From the NCBI GenBank assembly GCA_963836755.1, contig CAWIKF010000001.1, positions 288,001 to 352,000 on the forward strand: 64,000 bases of DNA, read 5' to 3'. Shown piece after piece: positions 39,521 to 50,594 of the stretch. Source of the DNA: an uncultured Verrucomicrobiae bacterium (GTDB lineage: Bacteria; Verrucomicrobiota; Verrucomicrobiia; Chthoniobacterales; Chthoniobacteraceae). A program made the translations under genes and the position numbers. The notes below the pieces were generated by a model. The model had not been told where the DNA came from. It ran no database searches and saw only the letters and a program-made list of their open reading frames with translations. The number at the start of each line of letters is the position of its first letter. Position 1 is the first letter of the stretch.

Positions 39521-40681
39521 TTACGCGTCGAGGAGCGACCGCATGTATTTCGGCACGTAATTTTCGAGCAAAATTTCAGTTGCGCCGTCGCGATGCATTC
39601 GCGCCTGCGTCACGTTGATCTCCGGCGTTTTCGTGGGCGAAAAAAGGATGTCGTCATGCGTCGCATTTTTCGCGTTGGTGAATTTGTCCGGCGTCAAATG
39701 TCCGCCGAGATGATCGCTGCGGCCGGTCGCGACATGGATCGTGCCGAGGATTTTTTCGTCCTGAATGTCGCGCCCCGATGGCGGCAACTCCTGCGTGCCA
39801 AAACCGAGCTCGCCGAGAGCGCCCGTGACCGGATCGCTCGCGAGTTTCGCGTTGTGCGCAGCGACCGTCGCCGCGTCACCACGGATGAGCGTCGCGTGTT
39901 TTACACGTCCGCCGCCCACGCTCATGAGGCCAATCGTGCCGTCCTCATATTTCATCGGGAATTCGCCTTCCGCGCCCGTCGGAACGAAGTAAATTTCGCC
40001 TGCGGGCAAATTCGCGACGTCGGGACCGCCGAGGCAAAGGCCGTGACTTTTTTGCGCTTCCTGCCGACCGAGTTCGAGGCGCAGCGTGTGCGTTTTGCCG
40101 TCGAGATTGAAATCAATTTCGATCCAATCCGCGCGCGTCATGCCGATGCGCAGCTTTTCCGCCTGCCGACTGACGTCGTTATAATCGACCGCGAGTCCGG
40201 AATCGAGAATGACCTGGTTGACGCCGTGCAAAGTGGCGCCGCGGAAGCCAAACTCCTTCGCAAATTTCGTCAGCGGCGCCGTCGCCGAATACGTGGAGAT
40301 ACATAAAATGAGATCATAGTTCGGATAAATGTCGCGGCTGAGACTCAGCGCGCGGCCGTCCGGCGCGAACGCTTCATCGGGCAGATCGAGATTGCTGCCG
40401 CCGGTGATTTTGTAGGCGAACAATTCGCCGCCTTTGAGCTGAAGTTCCGCGAGCACGCCGTTACGCAGCGCCTGGTAAAAATAGTCGTGCGCGTTGCTCT
40501 GGATCGAGAGATCGGGATTTTTCAGAAACCCGAAATCCTTCACGTCGCGCGGATCTTCGAGGTCAATGAGGATACAAACCCGTTCGCCGGCTTTTGGATT
40601 GAAGGTCGTGCGCAGCAGGCGCGCCAGGCTGAATGGCGGGAATTTAAATTGTTTCGGAGGCGGGTTCGTTGTTGTTTGCAT
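39521..40681 (-). CDS. Peptidase M29-fold metalloenzyme with a divergent N-terminus
   Basis: NLPAGEIYFVP, GELGFG, DEKILGTIHVATG, HDD; start set to ATG 40681. Confidence 0.72.
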   Translation of the reverse strand: MQTTTNPPPKQFKFPPFSLARLLRTTFNPKAGERVCILIDLEDPRDVKDFGFLKNPDLSIQSNAHDYFYQALRNGVLAELQLKGGELFAYKITGGSNLDLPDEAFAPDGRALSLSRDIYPNYDLILCISTYSATAPLTKFAKEFGFRGATLHGVNQVILDSGLAVDYNDVSRQAEKLRIGMTRADWIEIDFNLDGKTHTLRLELGRQEAQKSHGLCLGGPDVANLPAGEIYFVPTGAEGEFPMKYEDGTIGLMSVGGGRVKHATLIRGDAATVAAHNAKLASDPVTGALGELGFGTQELPPSGRDIQDEKILGTIHVATGRSDHLGGHLTPDKFTNAKNATHDDILFSPTKTPEINVTQARMHRDGATEILLENYVPKYMRSLLDA

Positions 40682-40717
40682 TTCGGTGAAAGTTATACGC
40701 GAAGAAATGGTTTCCGG

Positions 40718-41554
40718 ATGATCTGGCGCACCTGCCGCGGCGATTTTGATCTGAGTCAGCGCGCGCTCGTGATGGGAATTTTGAACGTCACGGTAGATTC
40801 TTTCTTTGATGGCGGCAAGTTCCTCTCGGCCGATGCGGCAGCGGCACACGGAGAACTCCTCGCCGCACAAGGCGCGGACATCATCGACATCGGCGGCGAA
40901 TCGACGCGGCCCGGCGCTGAGCCCGTTTCGGCCGATGACGAAATGCGGCGTGTGCTGCCGGTGATCGAGCAGATCGCGCGGCGCACGACGTGCGTCATTT
41001 CCATCGACACGTCAAAGCCGGAAGTCGCTCGCGCAGCCGTTGCGGCGGGCGCGGCGATCATTAACGATGTGACCGGATTGCGCGATCCGGCGATGCGCGA
41101 AGTGGTGCGCGCGACCGGCGCCGGCGCGATCGCGATGCACATGCAGGGGACGCCGCGCGACATGCAGCGCGCGCCGCATTACGAAGATGTAACGACGGAA
41201 ATACGGGAATTTTTTCGACACGCTTTCCAGTCCGCTGTAACCTCGGGCATTGACCCGATGAACCTCGCTTTCGATCCCGGGATTGGCTTTGGCAAAACGC
41301 TTGCGCACAACCTCACGTTGCTCAAAAACCTTGACGCCGTGCGGATTCCCGACCGACCGCTGGTGCTCGGCGTTTCGCAAAAATCTTTCCTCGGAAAAAT
41401 CGTCGGCTCATCAGAAATGGATGCGCGGCGCTGGCCGACGGTCGCGATCACGAGCTTCGCGCGCGAGCGCGGCGCGAATGTTTTGCGCGTGCACGACGTG
41501 AAGCCGAATGCCGAGGCGCTGCGCATGACGGAAGCAATTTTGGCCGTTCCATGA
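40718..41554 (+). CDS. folP: Dihydropteroate synthase
   Basis: MGILNVT.DSF.DGG, DIGGESTRPG, DPGIGFGK, LRVHDV. Confidence 0.95.
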   Translation: MIWRTCRGDFDLSQRALVMGILNVTVDSFFDGGKFLSADAAAAHGELLAAQGADIIDIGGESTRPGAEPVSADDEMRRVLPVIEQIARRTTCVISIDTSKPEVARAAVAAGAAIINDVTGLRDPAMREVVRATGAGAIAMHMQGTPRDMQRAPHYEDVTTEIREFFRHAFQSAVTSGIDPMNLAFDPGIGFGKTLAHNLTLLKNLDAVRIPDRPLVLGVSQKSFLGKIVGSSEMDARRWPTVAITSFARERGANVLRVHDVKPNAEALRMTEAILAVP

Positions 41555-42426
41555 TGACGCAGGTCATGAATTTTTCGGAAGAGAATTGGCGCTCCGGCGT
41601 CGAAATTCTCATTCTCTGGGTCGCGATTTATTACGGCTATTTGTATTTCCGCGGCACGCGCGGGGCGAAAGTTTTGACGGGCCTCGCGCTGATTTTTTTG
41701 ACGCTGATTTTTGTTTCGCAGCTGTTAAAACTTGTCGTCATCAGCTGGCTCATTCGCAGCCTCACCGCGTTTCTCGCAGTCGCACTCGTCGTCATCTTTC
41801 AACCGGAACTGCGGCGCGCGCTGGCAGCGCTCGGCAGCCACCGCATCTTTTCCACTACGAGCCAGAGCCGCGAAACGATCGAGGTCGTCACGGAAATCAT
41901 TTTCGAATTATCCAATCGTCCGTTCGGCGCGCTGATCGCTATCGAGCGCGACATCAACCTCGCCGCATTCGCGGAGAGTGGCGTGCCGATTGATTGCGAA
42001 ATCTCCCCGGAACTGATTGTGACGATTTTTCATCCAAAAACTCCGCTGCACGATGGCGCTATTATTTTGCGCAATGAGCGGATCGTGGCGGCGGCGTGCA
42101 TTTTTCCCGTGAGCCAGCGCGAAGATCTCGACCGCAATCTCGGCCTGCGGCATCGCGCGGCGCTTGGCGTGACTGAGGAATCGGACGCGCTGGCGCTGGT
42201 CGTTTCAGAGGAAACCGGCATTGTGTCCATCTGCCATCGCGGTAAAATGGAACGCGATTTTAATCCCGAAAGTTTCCGAAAGCGCCTCTCGGAATTGCTG
42301 CTGCACGAGAAATATGAAAAGCCTGATTCTGAACAACTGGGCGGCGAAGCTGATCTCGCTCGTGCTCGCGAGCGTGCTTTGGTTTCTCGTCAAAAAGAAC
42401 GTCGAAACGACGAGTTTGCGGCCTGA
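41551..42426 (+). CDS. cdaA: Diadenylate cyclase CdaA/DacA
   Basis: Three N-terminal TM segments, IFQPELRRAL, PLHDGA, GLRHRAALG, VSEETG. Confidence 0.95.
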   Translation: MMTQVMNFSEENWRSGVEILILWVAIYYGYLYFRGTRGAKVLTGLALIFLTLIFVSQLLKLVVISWLIRSLTAFLAVALVVIFQPELRRALAALGSHRIFSTTSQSRETIEVVTEIIFELSNRPFGALIAIERDINLAAFAESGVPIDCEISPELIVTIFHPKTPLHDGAIILRNERIVAAACIFPVSQREDLDRNLGLRHRAALGVTEESDALALVVSEETGIVSICHRGKMERDFNPESFRKRLSELLLHEKYEKPDSEQLGGEADLARARERALVSRQKERRNDEFAA

Positions 42427-42464
42427 CCGCGACCTTTTTAAAACTCCGCAAGTCGACACTCGCC

Positions 42465-42484
<20 letters not shown>
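42314..42484 (+). CDS. 56-aa protein resembling the CdaR/YbbR N-terminal TM segment
   Basis: MKSLILNNWAAKLISLVLASVLWFLV; sits in the cdaR position between cdaA and glmM. Confidence 0.65.
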
Positions 42485-43885
<1,401 letters not shown>

Positions 43886-43889
<4 letters not shown>

Positions 43890-44515
43890 ACTATTTCATC
43901 ACCGGCACGGACACCGGTGTCGGGAAAACTTTCGTCGCCACAATGCTGATTCGTGCGCTGCGCGCCGCGGGGCACGACACGGTGGGCATGAAGCCGATTT
44001 GCTGTGGTGATCGCGCTGACGCAGAGGCGTTGCTCGCGGCCTCGGGCGGGGAAATTTCAATCGACGATGTCAATCCGGTCTGGTTGCGAACGCCCGCTGC
44101 GCCTTTCGCCGCGGCAGGGATCGAGAATCGCGAGGTTGACCTCGACGCGGTGCGGCAAACTTTTGCGCGATTGCGCCGGACGCATCGATCGCTCGTCGTG
44201 GAGGGAGTTGGCGGATGGCTCGTGCCGATCGCGTCAAAGTTTTTCGTGGCCGACCTTGCGGCAGAATTTTCTTTGCCAGTCGTCGTCGTCGCAAGCAACA
44301 GGCTCGGAACGATAAACCACACCCTTTTAACAGTCCGCGAAATCAAGTTGCGCGGACTTTCGTGCGAGGGCGTGATTTTCAACCACGACAGCGAGGCAGC
44401 GGCAACCACGCGCCGCGCGGATCTCGAATCTCATCTTGAGGTCCCGATTCTGATGGAAATAACGCGGGGTCAAAAAGAAGTGGCTGTCTTGCCTGAACGC
44501 CCTCTCGAGTCGTAA
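43886..44515 (+). CDS. bioD: Dethiobiotin synthase
   Basis: TGTDTGVGKT, KP, VEGVGG, LGTINHTLLT. Confidence 0.95.
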
Positions 44516-44629
44516 TCCCGACACGACTGTCTTTGTTTTTTACAGCGCAGCGCCTCCGATTTCTGCGCTTCCTCTGTAAACTTGCGGAGGCACGTCCATT
44601 GCTCGTCTGTCATTGCCCAACAAACTCCA

Positions 44630-45109
44630 ATGCAACTCGAGAAAATTTTCCACGTTCATCAATCACTTTCCGAAACCCAAAGCCGTCTCGCATCGGTCAC
44701 CTCCTATCGCCGCCATTTGGACGGCGTGACGAAAGCGATGATTTGCGATGGCACTGCGCAGTTTCGGTTCGAACCGGGCCTCGGTTATTCGATCAACGTC
44801 GATCTCCTCGAACTCGCCGGCAAAACTCCGGGTCAGATTTTGTTCCGCTCGACCAGCGGCAACATCGAGGTTGCCGGCATGATCGAGTTCTTCGCGATTC
44901 GCGAGCAGGTAACCGAAGTGGTGCTGACGTTGGATTATCAACTCAGCGCGCCGCTCGCTCGCGTGGTCGATAATCTGACGCACGTGATGGATCGATTTTT
45001 GGACGTTCAGCTGCGCCGGCTGCAAGCGCACTTTGAAGGCGTCGGCACCATGGCGGCGCATTCAGCTGGTCATTTTGCGGGAATGGGTTTGGCGCATTCT
45101 GCGGCGTAA
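44630..45109 (+). CDS. Hypothetical protein (possibly SRPBCC-like)
   Basis: Intergenic-filling ORF; TEVVLTLDYQL...L.RLQAHFEG pattern. The fold is a guess. Confidence 0.6.
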   Translation: MQLEKIFHVHQSLSETQSRLASVTSYRRHLDGVTKAMICDGTAQFRFEPGLGYSINVDLLELAGKTPGQILFRSTSGNIEVAGMIEFFAIREQVTEVVLTLDYQLSAPLARVVDNLTHVMDRFLDVQLRRLQAHFEGVGTMAAHSAGHFAGMGLAHSAA

Positions 45110-45125
45110 AAGAACGCGCCATTTT

Positions 45126-45674
45126 TCACCCGAGGCCGATTATTTTTCGCAGTTCTAACGAGCGCGCGGCGTTTTCCGCATCGGATAAAACCGGCTGCAA
45201 ACCAGTTTCTGGGGACGCGTCGGGAATTGTCACCCACGAACGGCAGCCGCCGAACTTTGGCTCGTCCGGAAATTCAAAGATAGGTTGCAGCCGATGGATT
45301 CGGACGAACGCGAGGTGCAACTCGTTTTTGCTGTCGTAACGAAATCGCTCCTCGACAACTTCGTCGCGCCAGAGGTGAAAACTTTTTAGCCGACGCGCCG
45401 TCTCGAGATCGGTGAGAAGCGCGTTCCATTCGACGCGCGCGAGAAATTCGATTCTCACGATTCCCGACTCGCAATGAGGCAGCGGCGTATCGGCGGGCAA
45501 CTCTAATTTCGAAACCTGCTCGTGAAAAAGCGTTGGGAACAAGAAGAATTCCTCGTGCTTGAACTGAAAACCGGCGCGGCCCTCGGCGATGCCGCCTTTG
45601 CGCAGCAGGATTGATTGGCGGCCTGAGCCGAGCGCGTCGCAAATCAGCGTCCATTCTTTAAAAGCAATGCTCAT
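45126..45674 (-). CDS. DUF1802 family protein
   Basis: AFKEW..ICDALGSGRQSILLRKGGI, FLFPTLFH, GGCRSWV. Confidence 0.88.
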   Translation of the reverse strand: MSIAFKEWTLICDALGSGRQSILLRKGGIAEGRAGFQFKHEEFFLFPTLFHEQVSKLELPADTPLPHCESGIVRIEFLARVEWNALLTDLETARRLKSFHLWRDEVVEERFRYDSKNELHLAFVRIHRLQPIFEFPDEPKFGGCRSWVTIPDASPETGLQPVLSDAENAARSLELRKIIGLG

Positions 45675-45748
45675 CGCGGCGATTCAAGCACGGTCGGCCG
45701 CGCTTTTTCCATTCATCATTCACAATCTTTGGTTCATAATTTTCCGCC

Positions 45749-46471
45749 ATGGCTTTGAACATTGATTTGCACTGCCATTCATTTTTTTCCGGAGACGGCG
45801 TCAGCAGCCCGGAGGAGTTGATCGCTTCTGCCAAACTCAAAGGCCTCCACGGTTTTGCGCTCACCGATCACAACACTTCCGACGGCGTCAATTACCTCCT
45901 CGACAAAGGATTGATGCGGGCTGACGGCCAACCGGTCGGCGATTTTCTCATCATCCCGGGCGTCGAGGTGACGACTGCGGAAGGCCATCTGCTCTGCCTC
46001 GGAGTGCAGCTTCCAAATTTAAAAGGAACGCCGGCGAAAGAGGTTTGCGAGCTCGTGCATCAAGGTGGCGGCGTCGCAATCCCGCCGCATCCTTACGACT
46101 TGTTTCGCGCCGGGATCCGGCAGGCAGTGCTGGATCAAATTCCCATCGATGCGCTGGAAGTATTCAACGCAGCGACCACTCTCAAGCGATACAACCGCCA
46201 GGCTTTTGAATATGCGCAGATGCGGAATTTACCGATGACGGCCGGCAGCGATGCGCATCACGAAGCGGCGATCGGCACTGCTTACACTATTTTGAACACG
46301 GAAGATTTTTCGCTGCGTGGCGTGCTCGCGCAGATTTTGAAAAGCAACGAGTTGAATCAACAATACATGAGCCCGCGCGACAGCCTGCGCAAAACCTGGA
46401 ACAATTGGTTGCGGCTGCGCCGGCGCAAGCATCACGCGCCCGCGGCGACCGCCGAAAATCTCGAAAAATAA
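45749..46471 (+). CDS. PHP domain phosphoesterase
   Basis: DLHCHS, TDHN, PGVEVTT, HP, GSDAH. Confidence 0.9.
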   Translation: MALNIDLHCHSFFSGDGVSSPEELIASAKLKGLHGFALTDHNTSDGVNYLLDKGLMRADGQPVGDFLIIPGVEVTTAEGHLLCLGVQLPNLKGTPAKEVCELVHQGGGVAIPPHPYDLFRAGIRQAVLDQIPIDALEVFNAATTLKRYNRQAFEYAQMRNLPMTAGSDAHHEAAIGTAYTILNTEDFSLRGVLAQILKSNELNQQYMSPRDSLRKTWNNWLRLRRRKHHAPAATAENLEK

Positions 46472-46472
46472 G

Positions 46473-47648
46473 TCACGCGATTCGCACGGCGCGCGTTTTA
46501 TCGAGCCGCAAGACATCGCCGGATTCAAACGCGGGCGTCGCTTTTGGATCCGTGATTTTTTCACCGCGTAATTGCACGCTGCCTTGCTCGATGAGACGCC
46601 GCACGTCGCCGCGCGAGCGCGCGATGCCAAACGCGCTTTCGTAAGCCGCGACGCCGATCGAAACGATGTCGCGATCCGCGCTTTTCATGGAAAACGATGG
46701 AAGCGTCGCGTGGTCAATGTCGCGTTTACTGAAGCGCAGGTTGAATTCATCCAGCGCCGTCTGCGCCGCGGCGCGCGAGTGGTAGCGCTCGACGATCGCG
46801 AACGCGAGCTGCTTCTTTGCCTCCATCGGATGCAACGCGGGCATTTCGATGCCGAGCAGGAGCAAATAATAGCGCGCCATTAACGCATCGGAAATACTCA
46901 TCAATTTTCCGAAAATTTCCCCCGGCGCTTCGCTGACGCCGACGTAATTTCCGAGGCTCTTGCTCATCTTTTTCTCGCCGTCGAGCCCTTCGAGCAGCGG
47001 CATTAAAAACACAACCTGCTGCGGCTGGCCCTCTTCGCGCTGAAGTTCGCGCCCCACCAGAATATTAAACAACTGATCGGTTCCACCGATCTCGACATCC
47101 GCGCTGACTTGAACGGAATCCCAGCCTTGGATGATCGGATAAAGCACCTCGTGCAAGCGAACAGGTGCGCTTTTTTCGATCCGATTTTTAAAATCCTCGC
47201 GCTGTAAAATTTGCTGCAGCGTCACGCGCGAAGTCAGCTTGATTACCTCCTCAAATTCCATCAGCTCCAGCCATTCTCCATTGAAAACCGTGCGTGTTTT
47301 TTCGCGGTCGAGGATCTTGTAAGCCTGCTCCTGAAAAGTCCGCGCGTTCTCCATCACACGGTCGTGCGTCAGCTGTGGGCGCGTCGCGGAGCGCCCGCTC
47401 GGGTCGCCGATCATCGCGGTGAAATCGCCGATGATCAAAACTGCGCGATGTCCGAAATCCTGGAACTGCCGCAACTTTTGCAGCGCGACCGTGAAACCGA
47501 GATGAATGTCCGGTGCGGTCGGATCGACGCCGAGCTTGATATTGAGCGGCCGGCCGAGCCGCAGCTTCGCGAGCAATTCCTCCTCGCTGATGATTTGCGC
47601 AGCGCCGCGCCGCAGCTGCTCGAGTTGGCTTTCGGGAGAAACGTCCAT
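46473..47648 (-). CDS. tyrS: Tyrosine--tRNA ligase
   Basis: GVDPTAPDIHLG, IGDPSGR, GGTDQLFN, KMSKS, C-terminal S4-like domain. Confidence 0.97.
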   Translation of the reverse strand: MDVSPESQLEQLRRGAAQIISEEELLAKLRLGRPLNIKLGVDPTAPDIHLGFTVALQKLRQFQDFGHRAVLIIGDFTAMIGDPSGRSATRPQLTHDRVMENARTFQEQAYKILDREKTRTVFNGEWLELMEFEEVIKLTSRVTLQQILQREDFKNRIEKSAPVRLHEVLYPIIQGWDSVQVSADVEIGGTDQLFNILVGRELQREEGQPQQVVFLMPLLEGLDGEKKMSKSLGNYVGVSEAPGEIFGKLMSISDALMARYYLLLLGIEMPALHPMEAKKQLAFAIVERYHSRAAAQTALDEFNLRFSKRDIDHATLPSFSMKSADRDIVSIGVAAYESAFGIARSRGDVRRLIEQGSVQLRGEKITDPKATPAFESGDVLRLDKTRAVRIA

Positions 47649-47700
47649 GCGGGAACTCGGTTTTACGACGCCGGGCCGCAATCCGCAATCGGACATTTTG

Positions 47701-48201
47701 CTACTTGTTCTTGTTTAACAGCGTGCGCACGTCGTCGATGCTCATCGGCTTCGTCGTGTGCTGCTCGTCGAGCGCCTTTTGCGATTTACCCCGCTCGATA
47801 AACTCGCGCGTCTCATATTCGCGCGTCGTGAAACTTTTACCACTTTCCGGTGCGTCCTTCACCGCCGCCGCCTTCGTCTCATACAGTTTCTGGTCGCGCG
47901 CATCCGTCTTTGTCGGCGCATCTTTTGTGGCAAAAAGGAGATCGCGCTGCGAATACGACTTCGAGTGGAAACCCTTGCTCGCAAAAGTCTTCGTCTCGAA
48001 ATGCTCGGACAGATAAAAGTCGTTGATGTTCGCCTTCTTGTCGGCTTGGAAAACTTTGCCGTCGTAGAACGATTTGTTTTGGAAAAAAGTCTTCGCCAGA
48101 TCCTGATTGCGCGTCTGCAAAAGCAGCCCCGGATCCTGCTGTTGCGCTTGCGCGTAAACGCCAAAAACCAGCATCCAAAAAAGCAGGGAAAGCAGCCGCA
48201 C
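47701..48201 (-). CDS. Secreted hypothetical protein
   Basis: Signal peptide; C-terminal PMSIDDVRTLLNKNK. Confidence 0.65.
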   Translation of the reverse strand: MRLLSLLFWMLVFGVYAQAQQQDPGLLLQTRNQDLAKTFFQNKSFYDGKVFQADKKANINDFYLSEHFETKTFASKGFHSKSYSQRDLLFATKDAPTKTDARDQKLYETKAAAVKDAPESGKSFTTREYETREFIERGKSQKALDEQHTTKPMSIDDVRTLLNKNK

Positions 48202-48239
48202 AGCTCACCCTTTCCACAAATCGTGCGCGCTGTCCAGCG

Positions 48240-48821
48240 CTAGTCTGAGAGCGCGAGCTGGCCCGCTGTGCGCGTTTCAGGAAGCAGCGCGGTCAACTTT
48301 TTCTCCGAAATCGTGACGTGCGTGCCGATGCCGATCGCATCGTAAACCTGCACCACATCTTTCGAGCGCATGCGGATGCAGCCCCAGCTCATCGGCTTTC
48401 CAAGCGACCGCTCCTCCGGCGTGCCGTGAATGTAAATGCAGCGGTCATACGCGCGCTGCGTTTCACCCGCGAGGCCTTTCAACCAGATGACTCGCGTGAC
48501 AATCGGGTCGCGTCCCGGCGCGTTCGGCGCGAGCACTTCGCCCGTCGCCGCACGATGCCTGATGACTGCGCCAAGCGGAAGATTGTCGCCGATTTTATTG
48601 CAAACCCACAGCACGCCTTCGGGCGTTTTGTAGCTGCCCATTTCATCGCCGACTCCGAACCTTGAGGTCGAGATGCGGAATTCCGAAACGACCTCTCCGT
48701 TTTTGACCAGCGCGAGTTTTTGATCATGCACACTGATCAAAATTTCCGGCCCGAAATCCGCCGCGCGTCCAGCAATCATCGCCATCCAGCTCATGAGGCA
48801 CATTAGTAAAATTCGTCTCAT
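48240..48821 (-). CDS. L,D-transpeptidase (YkuD family)
   Basis: KTPEG, IYIHGT, SWGCIRM; start uncertain. Confidence 0.88.
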   Translation of the reverse strand: MRRILLMCLMSWMAMIAGRAADFGPEILISVHDQKLALVKNGEVVSEFRISTSRFGVGDEMGSYKTPEGVLWVCNKIGDNLPLGAVIRHRAATGEVLAPNAPGRDPIVTRVIWLKGLAGETQRAYDRCIYIHGTPEERSLGKPMSWGCIRMRSKDVVQVYDAIGIGTHVTISEKKLTALLPETRTAGQLALSD

Positions 48822-48890
48822 GCGCGCTTTCTTTAGCACGATCCCTCTCGCGCGCAACGCGGAATTTGTGACAATTCGGCGTCCGAACTT

Positions 48891-50558
48891 TTACGCGCGC
48901 CGCAGCAAACTCTTCGCATGCGCGAGCGCTGAATCGCTCTGGTCGCCAAGCATCCGCGCGATTTCCGCCTCGCGACTCTTGCCTTTCACCTCGTCGAGAT
49001 GCGAAAGCGTCCGTTCATTCGTGTATTCCTTCGTCACGACAAATTGCGACGTCGCGACCGCCGCAACTTGCGGCAAATGCGTGATGCAGAGCACTTGATG
49101 TTCGCGCCCGAGCGACTGCATTTTCGCGCCGACGGCGTGCGCAATTTCGCCGCCGACGTTTGCATCGATCTCGTCAAAAACGAGCAGCGGGATGCGATCC
49201 TGAGCGGCCAGCGAAGTTTTCACCGCAAGCATCACGCGCGAGATTTCCCCGCTCGATGCCACCGATTTCAGCGGCTTCGCGGGCTCGCCAGGATTCGGTG
49301 AAAAAAGAAACTCGACGCTCTCGAACCCGCTTGGCGTCGGCCTTGGCGAAGAATTGATCGCAATTGAAAATCCCGATTTCTTGAAGCCCAGGTCGTGCAA
49401 TTGCGCGGAGATTTCTGCCGCCAATTTCGGCGCAGCGGCATTCCGCTTCTTCGTCAGTTTTTCACCGAGCTCGCCAAGTTTTTTCTGCGCGACATTGATG
49501 TCATTCTCCAGCCGCGCGAGTTCCTCGCCGCGCGATTCTATCGTGCGCAGCCGCTCCGCCGCTTCCGCGCCAAACGCGATCACATCGGGCACCGCCGGGC
49601 CGTATTTTCGCTTGAGCGTTTCGATCAGCGAGACGCGTTCTTCTAGTTCTGAAAGTTGCGCCGGATCGATGTCGAGCGCCTCGGCGTAATGCTGCATCTC
49701 GCGCGCAATTTCCTCGAGATCCGTCACAGCGCGCGTGTGGGCCTGCGAAAATTTTCCGGCGCCATCATCCACTTTTTCCAGCTCGCGAAAAAGTCGCTGC
49801 ACCTCGCCCAGCCTCACCAATACAGCATCTTCAGCTTCCGCAAGCCGTTGTGAAATTTGCGTTGCGAGCTCGATCAGTCGCCGACTGTTTTTCGCCGTGT
49901 TGTAGCGCGCGAGCAAAGTTTGATCTTCATCGGGCTGTAGATTCGCCGATTCGATTTCGCGAACCTGGTGCTTGAGCAAATCCGTTTCGCGTTCGAGCGA
50001 AGCCTCGCTCGCTGAAAGTTTTTCACGCTCGCGCAGCAGCGTGTCGAGAGCGCGAAATTGCTTTTGGAAATCAGCTCGCGCCGATTCCGCGCCGGCAAAC
50101 GAATCGAGCAGACCGAGCTGTTTATCGCTCGCGAGAAGCGATTGGTGATCGTGCGGCCCGTGCAGATCAACGAGGACGTCGCCGATATTTTTTAAAACAG
50201 CGAGCGTCGTCGCCGAGCCGTTCACGAATTGGCGATTCATGCCGGCGTTGGAAAAACTGCGTTTCAAGATCAGCGATTGCTCGGCGCACGGCTCCACGCC
50301 TTGATCCGCGAGCTGCGTGTCGATTTCAACCGTGTCGTCGAAAACAAAAATCGCCTCGACCGTGCAGCTTTCCGCGCCGGTGCGAATCAAGGTTTTGTCC
50401 GCACGCTCGCCGAGCAAAAGTTTGAGCGCGCCGATGATGATTGATTTCCCGGAACCGGTTTCGCCGGTGATCGCGATGAAGCCGCGGCTGAGATTCCACG
50501 TCAAATCCTCGACCAGCGCGAGATTGCGAATGCGGAGCGAGGCGAGCGTTGCGGGCAC
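48891..50558 (-). CDS. recN: DNA repair protein RecN
   Basis: TGETGSGKS, HGPHDHQ, ASSGEISR, FDEIDANVGG, ITHLPQVA. Confidence 0.96.
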   Translation of the reverse strand: MPATLASLRIRNLALVEDLTWNLSRGFIAITGETGSGKSIIIGALKLLLGERADKTLIRTGAESCTVEAIFVFDDTVEIDTQLADQGVEPCAEQSLILKRSFSNAGMNRQFVNGSATTLAVLKNIGDVLVDLHGPHDHQSLLASDKQLGLLDSFAGAESARADFQKQFRALDTLLREREKLSASEASLERETDLLKHQVREIESANLQPDEDQTLLARYNTAKNSRRLIELATQISQRLAEAEDAVLVRLGEVQRLFRELEKVDDGAGKFSQAHTRAVTDLEEIAREMQHYAEALDIDPAQLSELEERVSLIETLKRKYGPAVPDVIAFGAEAAERLRTIESRGEELARLENDINVAQKKLGELGEKLTKKRNAAAPKLAAEISAQLHDLGFKKSGFSIAINSSPRPTPSGFESVEFLFSPNPGEPAKPLKSVASSGEISRVMLAVKTSLAAQDRIPLLVFDEIDANVGGEIAHAVGAKMQSLGREHQVLCITHLPQVAAVATSQFVVTKEYTNERTLSHLDEVKGKSREAEIARMLGDQSDSALAHAKSLLRRA

Positions 50559-50594
50559 CTGGCGATTATGCAAAGCTGCGCGCGCATTTCAAAC

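Noticed and set aside
40718..41554. Mobile sul resistance gene
   Set aside because: Chromosomal folP-cdaA-glmM context and no Phe-Gly insertion
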